Notes: a model not told the origin generated them from the letters alone. Counted from the first letter of the stretch, positions 46,079 to 55,649 are shown. The stretch is 60,447 bases of DNA from Acidimicrobiia bacterium (GCA_030066875.1 JASJAS010000042.1:1-60447); one strand, 5' to 3'. Program-made: numbers and translations.

Positions 46079-47502
46079 GAGTCCCTCCCCGCGGTTGCCA
46101 GCCGGGCGGCTGCTGCGGCCGCCGCAGCATTGGAGAGCCAGACCGACGCCCCAGCTTGATGCAACGCCGCAGCTTGCACATCGCGTTTCTGGGGGTCCCC
46201 CCTCGTGCCACATAGCGAAACCACCACAGCCAATCCCTTCCTGATCGCGTGTTCGATGGCGGGTGTCAGTTCCGCAGCGGGGTCCGGATTGGCGCCGTAG
46301 CCGAGGACGACATCCATCAAGATGATCCCAGCGGAGGTGTCGGCGGCGGTTGCTTCGAGCCTATCGATGCGGACCGTCTGGTCAATCATGGGGTGTGCCC
46401 GGCCTTGGGTGTACTCGTCATCGCCGTAGTCGATGAACGCATGGCCCGGGTCGTTCTCGGTCGTGCCGATATCACCGACGATCGGCATGGCGACGAAGCG
46501 CGCTTCGTCCCGCAGTGTTCCCCCGGAGAACAAGCCGCGCACCGTCCCGGGTCTATGGTCGGTCTGATCCACGGTCCACGCGGCATAGTCCGGTACCGGT
46601 CTGCCCAGCTCGGCAAGGACCGCACCGGCCCCGGCTTCGAGCGTGTCTTCACCCATGAACGTGATCACAACGGGCTTGCCGCACTCCGCCGCGGCCGCCC
46701 GCACCCGGTCAGCCACGGCAGCTGCCGGAGGTTTCGAGATGACGGAGATCACCTCGACGGACGGATCGGCGTCGAGTGCTTCGAGCGCCTGCAGAGTTGC
46801 CGCAGCTCCGATCTCTTCCGACAAATCGTGGCTGCCGGTACCGAGAGCGTGCTTGACCCCGACCCCGGCGTCATCGAGCAGGCAGCACATCTGCTGGATT
46901 CCCGTTCCCGAGGCCCCCACCATCCCAACCGGGCCCGGCAGCACGGCGTTGGCAAAACCCAACCCAAGGCCGTTGACGATGGCCGTCCCGCAATCGGGGC
47001 CCATGACCAGAAGTCCACGGTCTACCCCGTAGCGCTTCAGAACCTGTTCTTGGGCTACAGGCACGTTGTCGCTGAAGATCATCACGTGATAACCGCGCTC
47101 GAGCGCTTCCATGGCCTCGACGAAGGCGTGCTCGCCCGGGACGGAAAGCAGGACGATGTTGGCACCAGCGACTGCAGCGGCCGAACCAGCCGTCTTCGGG
47201 TCGGGAGCTTCGAGCCCACCGGAAGCTACAGCCTTGTGGGCTAGTGCTTCTTCGAGCACCCGACCAGCTGCGGCGATGACATCCTCGCTCTCAGCACGCA
47301 CCGCCAATACGAGATCGTTCGGCCCTGCCGCAACTGATGTGAGGTCGAATCCCATGTCCCCAAGCAGGCTCAGATTGAGCTCGGTCGCCATTGCCACCAG
47401 TGCGTCGTCGACACCTGCCACCTCCTGGAGCGCCTTGCTGGCCTGCATGAGCCGCACCGAGTCGTGGTAGCGGCCGGGAAAGAGCTCAACCCGAGAGATC
47501 AT
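46075..47502 (-). CDS. fdrA: FdrA/AllF family protein (acyl-CoA synthetase alpha-subunit-like)
   Basis: YHDSV.LM, SVPG, FSDNV, MGPDCGT, GASGTG.Q, SKPP, FSGGTL, YT.GRAHPMID and DVVLGYG...DP. Confidence 0.9.
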   Translation of the reverse strand: MISRVELFPGRYHDSVRLMQASKALQEVAGVDDALVAMATELNLSLLGDMGFDLTSVAAGPNDLVLAVRAESEDVIAAAGRVLEEALAHKAVASGGLEAPDPKTAGSAAAVAGANIVLLSVPGEHAFVEAMEALERGYHVMIFSDNVPVAQEQVLKRYGVDRGLLVMGPDCGTAIVNGLGLGFANAVLPGPVGMVGASGTGIQQMCCLLDDAGVGVKHALGTGSHDLSEEIGAAATLQALEALDADPSVEVISVISKPPAAAVADRVRAAAAECGKPVVITFMGEDTLEAGAGAVLAELGRPVPDYAAWTVDQTDHRPGTVRGLFSGGTLRDEARFVAMPIVGDIGTTENDPGHAFIDYGDDEYTQGRAHPMIDQTVRIDRLEATAADTSAGIILMDVVLGYGANPDPAAELTPAIEHAIRKGLAVVVSLCGTRGDPQKRDVQAAALHQAGASVWLSNAAAAAAAARLATAGRDS

Positions 47503-47516
47503 CTGTTTGTCTCCGA

Positions 47517-48380
47517 TCACGAATGCGAACTGAACTCTACGAGGGACCGCGCCCCGAGCACGATCCCTGCGGCCAATGCCGGTCCCGAGCTGTGCCCCAC
47601 GTCTTGGAGTCGAGTATGGGCGCCGCCGATGTCACCCCGACCCGCAAGCGCTCGGATCAGTCGACCCGCCGGTTCGGCGACCTGCCCGCGAAGCCCGTAG
47701 CGAATGAGCGCGGCAGAGAACGTGGTCGTGCGGACGTCTGCGAGCTTCGTCAGGGGATGAGACACACGGTTGAGGAGTCGTTCTGCTTGGGCCAGTTGCA
47801 GCGCTTCTCCAAAGAGCCGAAGCGCCGCCAACGACCCGGCGACGTAGTCGTCTCCCTCGGGTGTCAGGCCCGATCCCTTGCCCAGAAGCGTCTTGGCGGT
47901 AGCCAGTAACTGTGTGGGGGAGAGGTTATGGAGGGCCTCGTGAAGGCCTTCCGGGTCGATGCCGGGAACGGATGACGGAAGGTAGGCGAGCGCCTCTTCG
48001 AGCTGTGCGGCGGTTAGCGCAGGTAGTGCGGGACGCGGGTCCCACCACCTACGGGCGACGACGGTGACATCCCCGAGCGTGATCCGGCCCTGACCGATTT
48101 CGACCTCGGCACCGTGCTGCACCGGCTGCAAGACCGCGTCTGCGGCATCGGCAGCTATCTCGACGGCGTTCGGAAGGCGGGTGGCGTCGCGGGTGGACAC
48201 AACAATGACCGCGTCCTCGAGACGGAGCCACACGGCGTAGGCAGAGGTGCCCAGGACCTCTGCGGTCCTGGGCACTGTGAGCAGGCCGTGGATCGCGGTA
48301 CTCGCCAAGCCAGCTACCAGCTGCGGAGCGTCGGCCTTCCGGCTTGCCGGCGACCCTTCAAGCGCCGTTGGGCGGGACAC
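47517..48380 (-). CDS. DUF2877 protein (YlbF/AllH-like)
   Basis: LLGKGSGLTPEGDD, TTTFS and GHSSG motifs. Confidence 0.85.
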   Translation of the reverse strand: MSRPTALEGSPASRKADAPQLVAGLASTAIHGLLTVPRTAEVLGTSAYAVWLRLEDAVIVVSTRDATRLPNAVEIAADAADAVLQPVQHGAEVEIGQGRITLGDVTVVARRWWDPRPALPALTAAQLEEALAYLPSSVPGIDPEGLHEALHNLSPTQLLATAKTLLGKGSGLTPEGDDYVAGSLAALRLFGEALQLAQAERLLNRVSHPLTKLADVRTTTFSAALIRYGLRGQVAEPAGRLIRALAGRGDIGGAHTRLQDVGHSSGPALAAGIVLGARSLVEFSSHS

Positions 48381-48382
48381 CC

Positions 48383-49480
48383 CTACCCGACGTCGACGAT
48401 CGCGGCTACGGGGCCGCCGCCACTGGGACCTTGATGCAAGGCCGCCACCGAGACAAACACCGCGGCGTCGTTGACGGCAGCACCGACTACGCCGCCGACC
48501 GCACCCTTGATGTGCCGGTGATGGTGGACGTCGGAATCGTCGAGTGACACCTGGCGCCGCCCGCGAAGACGCGAGGTCGGATCCGCTTCGCACTTGACGA
48601 ACACGTTGACGAGCTTGTCGCCTAGATCCTGGTACCGGGCTCGCTCGGGAAGGTCGAGGCCGGCGTTGCGGATCGCCCGATACACGCCTTCCTGATCGAG
48701 GGCGTCGTTCATCACGTCGTGGCCGATGCGATAGCGTCCACCGGCCCCGGGAGCGTTGCCCACAACCACGGTTTGCGCTTGGTCGAGTTCGACGCCCGAC
48801 GAGCACGACGCCACCGACGAGAAGAGGGTGAGGTCGTGGCCGATCTGCTCCGCGGTCGGCATCCCGATCTCGCCCAGGGCAACGGCGATCCCCAAGGCGG
48901 ATGTGCCGTTGGAGACGTTCATGGACTCCAGTGGATCCTCTGTGTAGACCGTGTGGCCGCGCGCCTTGGCGTCGTTGATCGTTTCCATGACCAGCAGCGG
49001 GGTCTTCGTTTGGACGTAGTGAACGTCGGCGGGATCCTCGATCCCGGCCTCGGCCATGGCCCGGCGCACCCCCTCGGCAACCTTCTCGACCATGGCAGGC
49101 CGGCCGATGTCTTCGGGAAGGATCACATCGCTCATCGCATAGCCGACCGCAAGACGCGGTTCACTCGACGCCGGCCCGTCGTCCTCGACCTTGGCGAACA
49201 CTGTGGCGTGCGGGCACAGGATGCCGTCCGTGCCGCCGGACCACACCATGGGGATCTCTTTGACCTCTTCGAAGGGTCGGGTGCCCTTGTCCATCAGCAC
49301 CTTGCGAAACGCTTGGTCGGCCAGGATCCGGGTGAAGTCGTTGACCCCGCCGTTGCCCTCGGTCTTGCCGACAACGGCTACGACGCCGTCGGCATCGAAC
49401 ACGCCATCATCAATCAGCTTTGCCAGCCCCGACGCGTCACTAACACTCTCGAGAACGACCTTCCGTACCTCTATGGCCAT
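48383..49480 (-). CDS. bar: Barbiturase (AtzD/cyclic amide hydrolase family, Toblerone fold)
   Basis: [46 protein letters not shown] and [12 protein letters not shown]; SNG and SVxxxHQ are barbiturase-type, not cyanuric acid hydrolase-type (SRG, SGGxEHQ). Confidence 0.85.
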   Translation of the reverse strand: MAIEVRKVVLESVSDASGLAKLIDDGVFDADGVVAVVGKTEGNGGVNDFTRILADQAFRKVLMDKGTRPFEEVKEIPMVWSGGTDGILCPHATVFAKVEDDGPASSEPRLAVGYAMSDVILPEDIGRPAMVEKVAEGVRRAMAEAGIEDPADVHYVQTKTPLLVMETINDAKARGHTVYTEDPLESMNVSNGTSALGIAVALGEIGMPTAEQIGHDLTLFSSVASCSSGVELDQAQTVVVGNAPGAGGRYRIGHDVMNDALDQEGVYRAIRNAGLDLPERARYQDLGDKLVNVFVKCEADPTSRLRGRRQVSLDDSDVHHHRHIKGAVGGVVGAAVNDAAVFVSVAALHQGPSGGGPVAAIVDVG

Positions 49481-49657
49481 GGCGCCTACTCCCTTGTGTC
49501 GCGGATCCCTTCCCGTGGCTCGCAGCGGCGTGGTGCACTGCGAAGTAACCATCATCGGGTCAACCCCACTTCGAGACTAGGGACCAACGGCCCTCAGTGG
49601 GCGCCGGACGCGATCCGGCTCGACCCCCTCGTAGTAACGGGTCTTACACTGGATGGA

Positions 49658-50431
49658 ATGCAACCGGTGGCCTTGGTTCGCGATGTACCCGATTCCTTCG
49701 TCGACGCTCTCGTCATGGGGAAGCGCCCGACGATCGATCTCGCCCGGGCCCGCAGGCAGCACGACGTCTACCGGGAGCTCCTCGCTCTGCGCGGCTACGA
49801 AGTGCGCGTACTACCTGCGGACGAGCGATACCCCGACTGCCCCTTCGTCGAGGATGTCGCCGTCGTTCTAGGACCGGCGGCCGTTGCCACCCGTCCCGGG
49901 GCGTCGCAGCGGCGCGGTGAAGTCGCGATGGTTGCTGCGGCACTGGCCTCCCTGCTTCCGTTGCGGCACATCGAGGCGCCCGGCACCCTTGACGGTGGTG
50001 ACGTCCTCCGTCTCGGTGGCACCCTTTACGTGGGGCGCTCCAGCCGCACCAACGATGCCGGTATCGCCCAGCTGACGCGCATTGCTGCTAATTGCGGGCT
50101 CGCGGTGACCCCGGTCCCGGTCCGCGGGGTGTTGCATCTGAAATCGGCTGTAGCCCACATAGACGAAGAAACGTTGCTGCTTGCGCCGCAGTGCGTTGAT
50201 CCCCGGCTCTTCGCGGAGTTTCGGGTCATCGAAAAGGCTGGCGGCGAAGAGCACGTTGCGAGTGTGCTCAGGCTCGGCACGGGTGAGCTGGTGATGACGT
50301 CGTCTGCGCCACGCACCCTGCAACGGATTCGCGATCACGGCTGGGATCCCACGCTGATTGACTCGTCGGAGTTCCAAGCCGCAGACGGCGGGCTGACGTG
50401 CTTGTCGGTCCTTGTCGAGCGCGGATCTTAA
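49658..50431 (+). CDS. Dimethylargininase (DDAH)/amidinotransferase superfamily protein
   Basis: A..QH..Y, PD..FVED, RRGE, DGGDVL, LHLKS and GGLTCLS (catalytic Cys). Confidence 0.88.
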   Translation: MQPVALVRDVPDSFVDALVMGKRPTIDLARARRQHDVYRELLALRGYEVRVLPADERYPDCPFVEDVAVVLGPAAVATRPGASQRRGEVAMVAAALASLLPLRHIEAPGTLDGGDVLRLGGTLYVGRSSRTNDAGIAQLTRIAANCGLAVTPVPVRGVLHLKSAVAHIDEETLLLAPQCVDPRLFAEFRVIEKAGGEEHVASVLRLGTGELVMTSSAPRTLQRIRDHGWDPTLIDSSEFQAADGGLTCLSVLVERGS

Positions 50432-50443
50432 GGTCGCTCTGCT

Positions 50444-51862
50444 GTGCGTCGAATAATGGGACAGATGGCCAGTGTTCGCCCCAGTCGTACCCAAGCGTCC
50501 CGCCCGACGATCTCCGGCGCTTTGTTGCTCGCGGTAGCCGTGGCCTTGCTCGCCACGGTTCGGCAGGTGCATCAGCTCGAGACCGCAGCCGCCATCAGCG
50601 TTGTCGCAGTTGCCCTCGTGGTTGCCGGTGCCACTTCCGGGCTCGGCACGGATATGGCTCGGCCGACCGGGAGACCGCTGTGGCCCGTGCTGATCGGGCT
50701 CGGATTCCTGTTCGCCGGTGTCGGCGCAATCGGGGAGGTCGGACTCGGGTACGGTCTGCTCGTCGCCGGACTCGGCGGGGCTGCGCTGTGGACCTTGGCC
50801 AATCCTCGATCAATGGCCGCGTACCGGCAGTGGGTCATTGCAGCAGCGGCGGTGGCCATCGTTGCGACGATCGGCGTTGGGGCAATCGCTCCGGTGCCGG
50901 ACCCTGCGATCGATGTGGTGCTCATCAACAAGGCCGGCGCCGCCGCGCTGGCCGAAGCAGAGAACCCATATCAGACTGTGAGCGTGCCCAACACGAGCCC
51001 GTACGCGCCGCCCGGGGCGACATTCGACGGCTATGTGTACCCGCCGCTGGCCTTGTTCACGTATTCGGTGTCTGACTGGGCCCTTGGTGACACTCGTTGG
51101 GTGAACGTTCTGGCCGCCGGCCTGTTCGTGCTGCTCCTGGTGCGCCCCTGGCGCGACAAAGAGCCGGGTATTGCGGAGTACGCCGCGCTCGGTGGATTGA
51201 TCATCGCGCTCCTGCCCGACCTCACCTTCCTGCTGCGTTTCGGCTGGACCGAGCCAATGGCCTTGCCCTTCCTAGCCTTAGCGATCCTGCTGTGGGAGGA
51301 GCGGCCCGTCCCATCCGCCGTCTTTCTCGGTCTCGCCGTCGCCTCCAAGCAGTACTACATCTTGCTAGCTCTGCTACTGCTGCTCTGGAACGATGAGTTC
51401 CGGTGGCGTCGAGTAGCGATCGTCGGTGGAGTCGCACTGGCCACAATGGTCCCGTTTCTGATAGCTGATCCCCAGGCGTTCTGGGATGCGGCTATCGCTC
51501 CCCAGTTCGGTTTCGATCCCAGGCCCGACTCGTTGAATGTCATCGCCCTCGGGTTCACTCCGCCTTCATGGCTGGCCGCCGCAGCCGGCGGCACGGTGGC
51601 GATTGTGCTCGGCCTTCGCGGTGGTGGGGGAGCCGAATTCGCCCTGGCTGCTGCCGCGGTGCTCGGTGTCGGGTTCCTTTTTGGGTCTCAGGCCTTCGCC
51701 AACTACTGGTTCCTCATCATTGCGCTCTGTGTCCTCGCACTGGTTGCCAAGGTCTCCAGCACGGATCGCACCCGGCCAGATATGGAGTTGCGGACCGCAC
51801 ACCTTGCTGCCCCGAACCCGCAGCGGCGGAACACGGCTAACGCGGGGTACGGGGTCGAATAG
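50444..51862 (+). CDS. GT87/DUF2029-like GT-C glycosyltransferase membrane protein (start uncertain)
   Basis: IDV, NPY, YVYPP, GDTRW, SKQY and NYW motifs among many TM helices. Confidence 0.7.
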   Translation: MRRIMGQMASVRPSRTQASRPTISGALLLAVAVALLATVRQVHQLETAAAISVVAVALVVAGATSGLGTDMARPTGRPLWPVLIGLGFLFAGVGAIGEVGLGYGLLVAGLGGAALWTLANPRSMAAYRQWVIAAAAVAIVATIGVGAIAPVPDPAIDVVLINKAGAAALAEAENPYQTVSVPNTSPYAPPGATFDGYVYPPLALFTYSVSDWALGDTRWVNVLAAGLFVLLLVRPWRDKEPGIAEYAALGGLIIALLPDLTFLLRFGWTEPMALPFLALAILLWEERPVPSAVFLGLAVASKQYYILLALLLLLWNDEFRWRRVAIVGGVALATMVPFLIADPQAFWDAAIAPQFGFDPRPDSLNVIALGFTPPSWLAAAAGGTVAIVLGLRGGGGAEFALAAAAVLGVGFLFGSQAFANYWFLIIALCVLALVAKVSSTDRTRPDMELRTAHLAAPNPQRRNTANAGYGVE

Positions 51863-51871
51863 CCTGGGCTC

Positions 51872-53074
51872 ATGATTGCCGCGAGTCTTCTATTCCTGCT
51901 GAGTCTCCTCGGGCTCATTGGGGCCTTCAACGCGCTGCGGGGGCCCGCCACACATCGCCGGCCGCAATACCGACCCCCGTGGCTGCCGGCGTTGCTGACT
52001 GCTGAGGCGGTGCCTGCCCGGGTGCTGGTGCACGGCGGCGTAGCGGCTTTGCTGATCTGGGCAGGGGCCCTCAACCAAATTGCCGGACGAGTCGGGCTCG
52101 TGCTCACCCTGGTGACGTGGATCGGCTACGTCGTGATCCAATGGAAAGCGGCCGGAGCCAAGCAGGTTATGGCCGAAGCCCTTGCCGCAGCCGGCATCGA
52201 TGCAACCGGTTTCGCTCACGTCGACTGGCGCCGCGTGCTCACCGCCTACCCGTACAGGCTGCCTAGGAATGTCGTGCGCATCGATGACATCGAATACGCC
52301 CCCGGCTTGCACCTCGACGTCTACCGGAAGAGTGACCAGAGCGAGGAACGTCGTCCGGCGTTGCTGTACGTGCACGGTGGTTCGTGGCGCGGAGGCAATC
52401 GCCGCCAGCAGGGGAGGCCGTTGCTGCATCGGCTCGCCGACAACGGGTGGATTGCGGTCTCTGCGTCTTATCCACTTGCGCCGACAGCTACCTTTCCCGA
52501 TCAGCTGGTTGCGCTGAAGCGTGCTCTTCAGTGGATGCGGAACACAGGCGCCGAATACGGAATCGATCCCGACTTCATTGCAGTCTGCGGTGGATCTGCC
52601 GGTGGTCATCTTGCTGCGTTGACTGCACTCACGACGAACCGCCCTGAGTACCAGCCCGGTTTCGAGGACGCGGACACCTCGGTGCAAGCGGCGATCCCCG
52701 TGTACGGGATCTACGACTTCCTCAACCGCAACCGCACCCGAGACGAGTGGCCGGTCATTCCTCGCTGGGTGATGAAAGCCGACAAGCACGAGGACGCGGA
52801 GCTGTACCGGCAGGCCTCCCCGCTCGACCAGGTCCATGCAGGCGCTCCTCCTTTCTTGGTGATTCACGGCGAAGCAGACTCGGTCGTTCCTACAGCCGAA
52901 GCGCACCAGTTCGTTGCGGCCCTGCAGGACGTATCTCAACGGGTCGTTGGCTACGCCGAAATCCCTGGCGCCAACCACGCGTTTGATGTGCTCGACTCGC
53001 TGCGGACTCACTATGTGGTCAGCGGGGTGCAGCGGTTCCTAGAGGGCATCCGGGTCTCGGCTGCCTCTAGATAG
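51872..53074 (+). CDS. Membrane-anchored alpha/beta hydrolase (HSL-family esterase)
   Basis: HGGSW, GGSAGGHL, HG..D.VVP and HAFD catalytic motifs. Confidence 0.9.
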   Translation: MIAASLLFLLSLLGLIGAFNALRGPATHRRPQYRPPWLPALLTAEAVPARVLVHGGVAALLIWAGALNQIAGRVGLVLTLVTWIGYVVIQWKAAGAKQVMAEALAAAGIDATGFAHVDWRRVLTAYPYRLPRNVVRIDDIEYAPGLHLDVYRKSDQSEERRPALLYVHGGSWRGGNRRQQGRPLLHRLADNGWIAVSASYPLAPTATFPDQLVALKRALQWMRNTGAEYGIDPDFIAVCGGSAGGHLAALTALTTNRPEYQPGFEDADTSVQAAIPVYGIYDFLNRNRTRDEWPVIPRWVMKADKHEDAELYRQASPLDQVHAGAPPFLVIHGEADSVVPTAEAHQFVAALQDVSQRVVGYAEIPGANHAFDVLDSLRTHYVVSGVQRFLEGIRVSAASR

Positions 53075-53197
53075 ACGGCTTGACCCGCCTATCCGGCCCA
53101 AATCACTCGTCTCGACCTTGTGGAGTACCCACCTGCATTACATTCGCCGGCCTCGCCGAGGCGGGCGATCGACCTTGATCCCCTAGCATTCTCCGCC

Positions 53198-53623
53198 ATG
53201 CACGAACTGGCCCTTGCGGACGCTGTGATGAAAGCCGCGCTCCAAGCAGCGGACGATGCCGGCATTGATCGGATCCAGAGGCTCGTAGTCAAGGTCGGCG
53301 AGCTACAGCAAATCGAGAAGGACCTCTTTGAGTTCTCGTTGACCAGCGTTCTTGCCGCCCAGGACCCCCGATTGTCCGGCGCGAAGTTCGATGTTGAGGA
53401 GGAGGCGGTCCGCTTCGGCTGCAATGCGTGCGGTCGCGAATACGGGCGAGATGACGCCTCTCTGGGAGACGATGCCGAGCAAGCGGAGGCCATTCACTTC
53501 ATCCCCGAGCTATCTCACGCCTTCGCCAGGTGCCCATCCTGTGGGAGCCCAGACTTCCAAATCATGGCCGGACGCGGCATCACACTGGAGAGCCTCGAGG
53601 GGAGCGGCGGCGGAGATGGGTGA
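53198..53623 (+). CDS. hypA: Hydrogenase nickel chaperone HypA (long, Thermococcales-like type)
   Basis: MHE.ALA, GELQ, CNAC, insertion AIHFIPE..HAF, CPSCGS.DF and GRG. Confidence 0.9.
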   Translation: MHELALADAVMKAALQAADDAGIDRIQRLVVKVGELQQIEKDLFEFSLTSVLAAQDPRLSGAKFDVEEEAVRFGCNACGREYGRDDASLGDDAEQAEAIHFIPELSHAFARCPSCGSPDFQIMAGRGITLESLEGSGGGDG

Positions 53624-54356
53624 CTCGCTCGATCCGCGCCCTGTGGTCGTCACAGACCGGCTTGCCGGTGTCGGCAGAGTCATCGGGGTGACCGGGAGCA
53701 AGGGCGGAATCGGGAAGAGCGTCATCGCGGCCACACTTGCTCTCGCGTTGGCCGATAGGGGTAACAAGGTCGGGCTGTTCGACCTCGACTTCACCTCGCC
53801 GAGCGACCACGTCGTTCTCGGTGTCGACAGACGGTTTCCGACCGAGGAGTTCGGGGTGGAACCACACCGGGTGCATGGCATTGAGCTGATGTCCGTTGCG
53901 TTCTTCGCCGGTGACGCAGCCGTGCCGTTGCGGGGCGCCGAAACCACTAGCGCCCTTCTGGAGCTCCTCGCGATCACCAACTGGGGAGATCTGGACATCC
54001 TGCTGCTCGATATGCCACCCGGGCTCGGAGATACGAGCCTGGATGTGATCAACCTGGTCCCGCGGCTCGAATTCCTGCTGGTAGGGAACGGTTCCCGAGT
54101 GGTGATCGAGAGCGTGCACAAGGCGCTGGCTTTGTTGACCGAGCTCGAGGTGCCAATGGTGGGCCTGCTCGAGAACATGCAATGGGGCGACGGCAGTGCC
54201 GTCACCACAATGGCCCAGGAGTTCGCCATCCCATACCTCGGTTCGATTCCGTTCGATCCCGGCCTCGAGGATGCTTTGGGCAGTGTCCACAAGCTGAGGA
54301 AGATCGCGGTCTACCGGGGTCTTGTCACGCTGTCCGAGCTGTTGGCCGCGGAATAG
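53616..54356 (+). CDS. Mrp/MinD-family ATPase, probable ATPase-type HypB
   Basis: DPR..., KGGIGKS, DLDF...SDH..LG, PLRG, W..LD.L..DMPPG.GD and ENM without the following CxxC; overlaps hypA. Confidence 0.75.
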   Translation: MGDSLDPRPVVVTDRLAGVGRVIGVTGSKGGIGKSVIAATLALALADRGNKVGLFDLDFTSPSDHVVLGVDRRFPTEEFGVEPHRVHGIELMSVAFFAGDAAVPLRGAETTSALLELLAITNWGDLDILLLDMPPGLGDTSLDVINLVPRLEFLLVGNGSRVVIESVHKALALLTELEVPMVGLLENMQWGDGSAVTTMAQEFAIPYLGSIPFDPGLEDALGSVHKLRKIAVYRGLVTLSELLAAE

Positions 54357-54456
54357 TCCGATCCAACGGCGTCGAGTGCGGCCAGCCTCGGGGCGGCAAG
54401 GACGGTGAACCTCCTCCGTTGGACGGCGCTAGCTTTCGGGAGGGGAGGCACACCTT

Positions 54457-55152
54457 ATGAAGACAATCGGCCTGCTCGGTGGCATGAGCTGGGAATCGTC
54501 CATCGAGTACGAGAGGCTCATCAATACCGAGGTGCGCAGCCGGCTCGGCGGCGTTCACTCAGCCGATCTGGTCATCCGGTCCTACGACTTCGACACGATT
54601 GAGCGGCTGCAGGCAGCCGGAGACTGGGAGGGGGCCGGAAAGCTGCTCGCAGCCGACGCGCGACTTCTCCAGGCTGCTGGCGCGGAGCTCATTCTCTTGT
54701 GTACCAACACGATGCATCTCGTTGCCGATGCCATCGAGAGCGCCATCGACGTGCCGTTCCTCCATCTGGCCGACGCCACCGCGGCCGCCGTGCTCGAAGC
54801 TGGCGTCGAAACTGTCGCCCTGCTGGGGACGCGATTCACGATGGAGAAGGACTTCTATCGCGCTCGGCTCGAATCACGCGGACTCACGGTTCTTGTTCCC
54901 GGCGCTGACGATCGTGCCGTCGTGCACGACGTTATCTACGACGAGTTGGTCCAGGGGAGGATCATTGACGCTTCCCGCACTCGGTATCTCGAGATCATCG
55001 ATCGATTGGTGGAGCGCGGGGCGCAGGGGGTCATCGCCGGATGCACCGAGATCGAGTTGCTGGTTACGCCGAGTGACGTCGATATCCCGTACTTTCCCAC
55101 GACGCGCCTGCACGCTCTGGCGGCGGTTGAGGCTGCACTCGAGACCTCCTAG
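54457..55152 (+). CDS. Aspartate/glutamate racemase family (RacX/YgeA-like)
   Basis: IGLLGGMSWES, CTNTMH, LGTRFTM and GCTEI. Confidence 0.9.
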   Translation: MKTIGLLGGMSWESSIEYERLINTEVRSRLGGVHSADLVIRSYDFDTIERLQAAGDWEGAGKLLAADARLLQAAGAELILLCTNTMHLVADAIESAIDVPFLHLADATAAAVLEAGVETVALLGTRFTMEKDFYRARLESRGLTVLVPGADDRAVVHDVIYDELVQGRIIDASRTRYLEIIDRLVERGAQGVIAGCTEIELLVTPSDVDIPYFPTTRLHALAAVEAALETS

Positions 55153-55571
55153 CCCGACGGGCTAAGCAACACCACCGGGATCTCCCTGTCGGTTCGGCTC
55201 TGATACGTCGTGTATCCGTCGTATGCCGCGACGACGGCCGGCCATAGCCGTTGCCGCTCTTCCGGGTTCGCGGTCCGCGCTCGCACCGGGAAGCGGTCGC
55301 GCACTACCTGCGCCTCAGCCTTAGGGGTGGCCAGCAGATTCAGATACCAATCGGGGTGTCGGTCTCGTCCTCCCCATGAAGCGATCACCACGAGGTCGCG
55401 TTCGTCGCGCACGTAGAGCAGCGGAACGGTGTGGGCCTTACCGGACTTCCGGCCGACCGTCGATAGCAGCAGCATGTCGTTGTTCACCAGCCGCCGGCCG
55501 ATCCGGCCCCGAGTCGCCCGATACATGGCTGTGTGGATAGCCGATAATTTCTTTGCGGTGCCATCGCGCAC
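55149..55571 (-). CDS. F420H2-dependent (deazaflavin) nitroreductase/quinone reductase, Ddn-like
   Basis: GRKSG....PL, AS.GG...P.WY.NL and YQ.RT.REIPVV.L. Confidence 0.9.
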   Translation of the reverse strand: MRDGTAKKLSAIHTAMYRATRGRIGRRLVNNDMLLLSTVGRKSGKAHTVPLLYVRDERDLVVIASWGGRDRHPDWYLNLLATPKAEAQVVRDRFPVRARTANPEERQRLWPAVVAAYDGYTTYQSRTDREIPVVLLSPSG

Positions 55572-55649
55572 GGGCGCAGCCTAGATCCCGGGTACCCGAC
55601 GATCTGACACCACGTCAGATACTGGGGTGGCATCTTCTACCATATGAGC

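Noticed and set aside
48383-49480. Cyanuric acid hydrolase (atzD) / s-triazine degradation
   Set aside because: It has barbiturase-type SNG, GNGGVND and SVAALHQ rather than SRG, GNGCVND and SGGxEHQ, and no biuret or allophanate hydrolase is nearby.
53616-54356. Mrp/ApbC Fe-S cluster carrier
   Set aside because: It lacks the CxxC after ENM and is coupled to hypA.
54358-54426. Long-range stem TCCAACGG...CCGTTGGA as an ncRNA or riboswitch before the racemase
   Set aside because: Only an 8-11 bp stem in GC-rich DNA, with no recognisable conserved motif.
54457-55152. Racemase-family gene as the missing ureidomalonate hydrolase
   Set aside because: The sequence is a typical RacX/YgeA amino-acid racemase (GGMSWES, CTNTMH, GCTE) and is not linked to bar.
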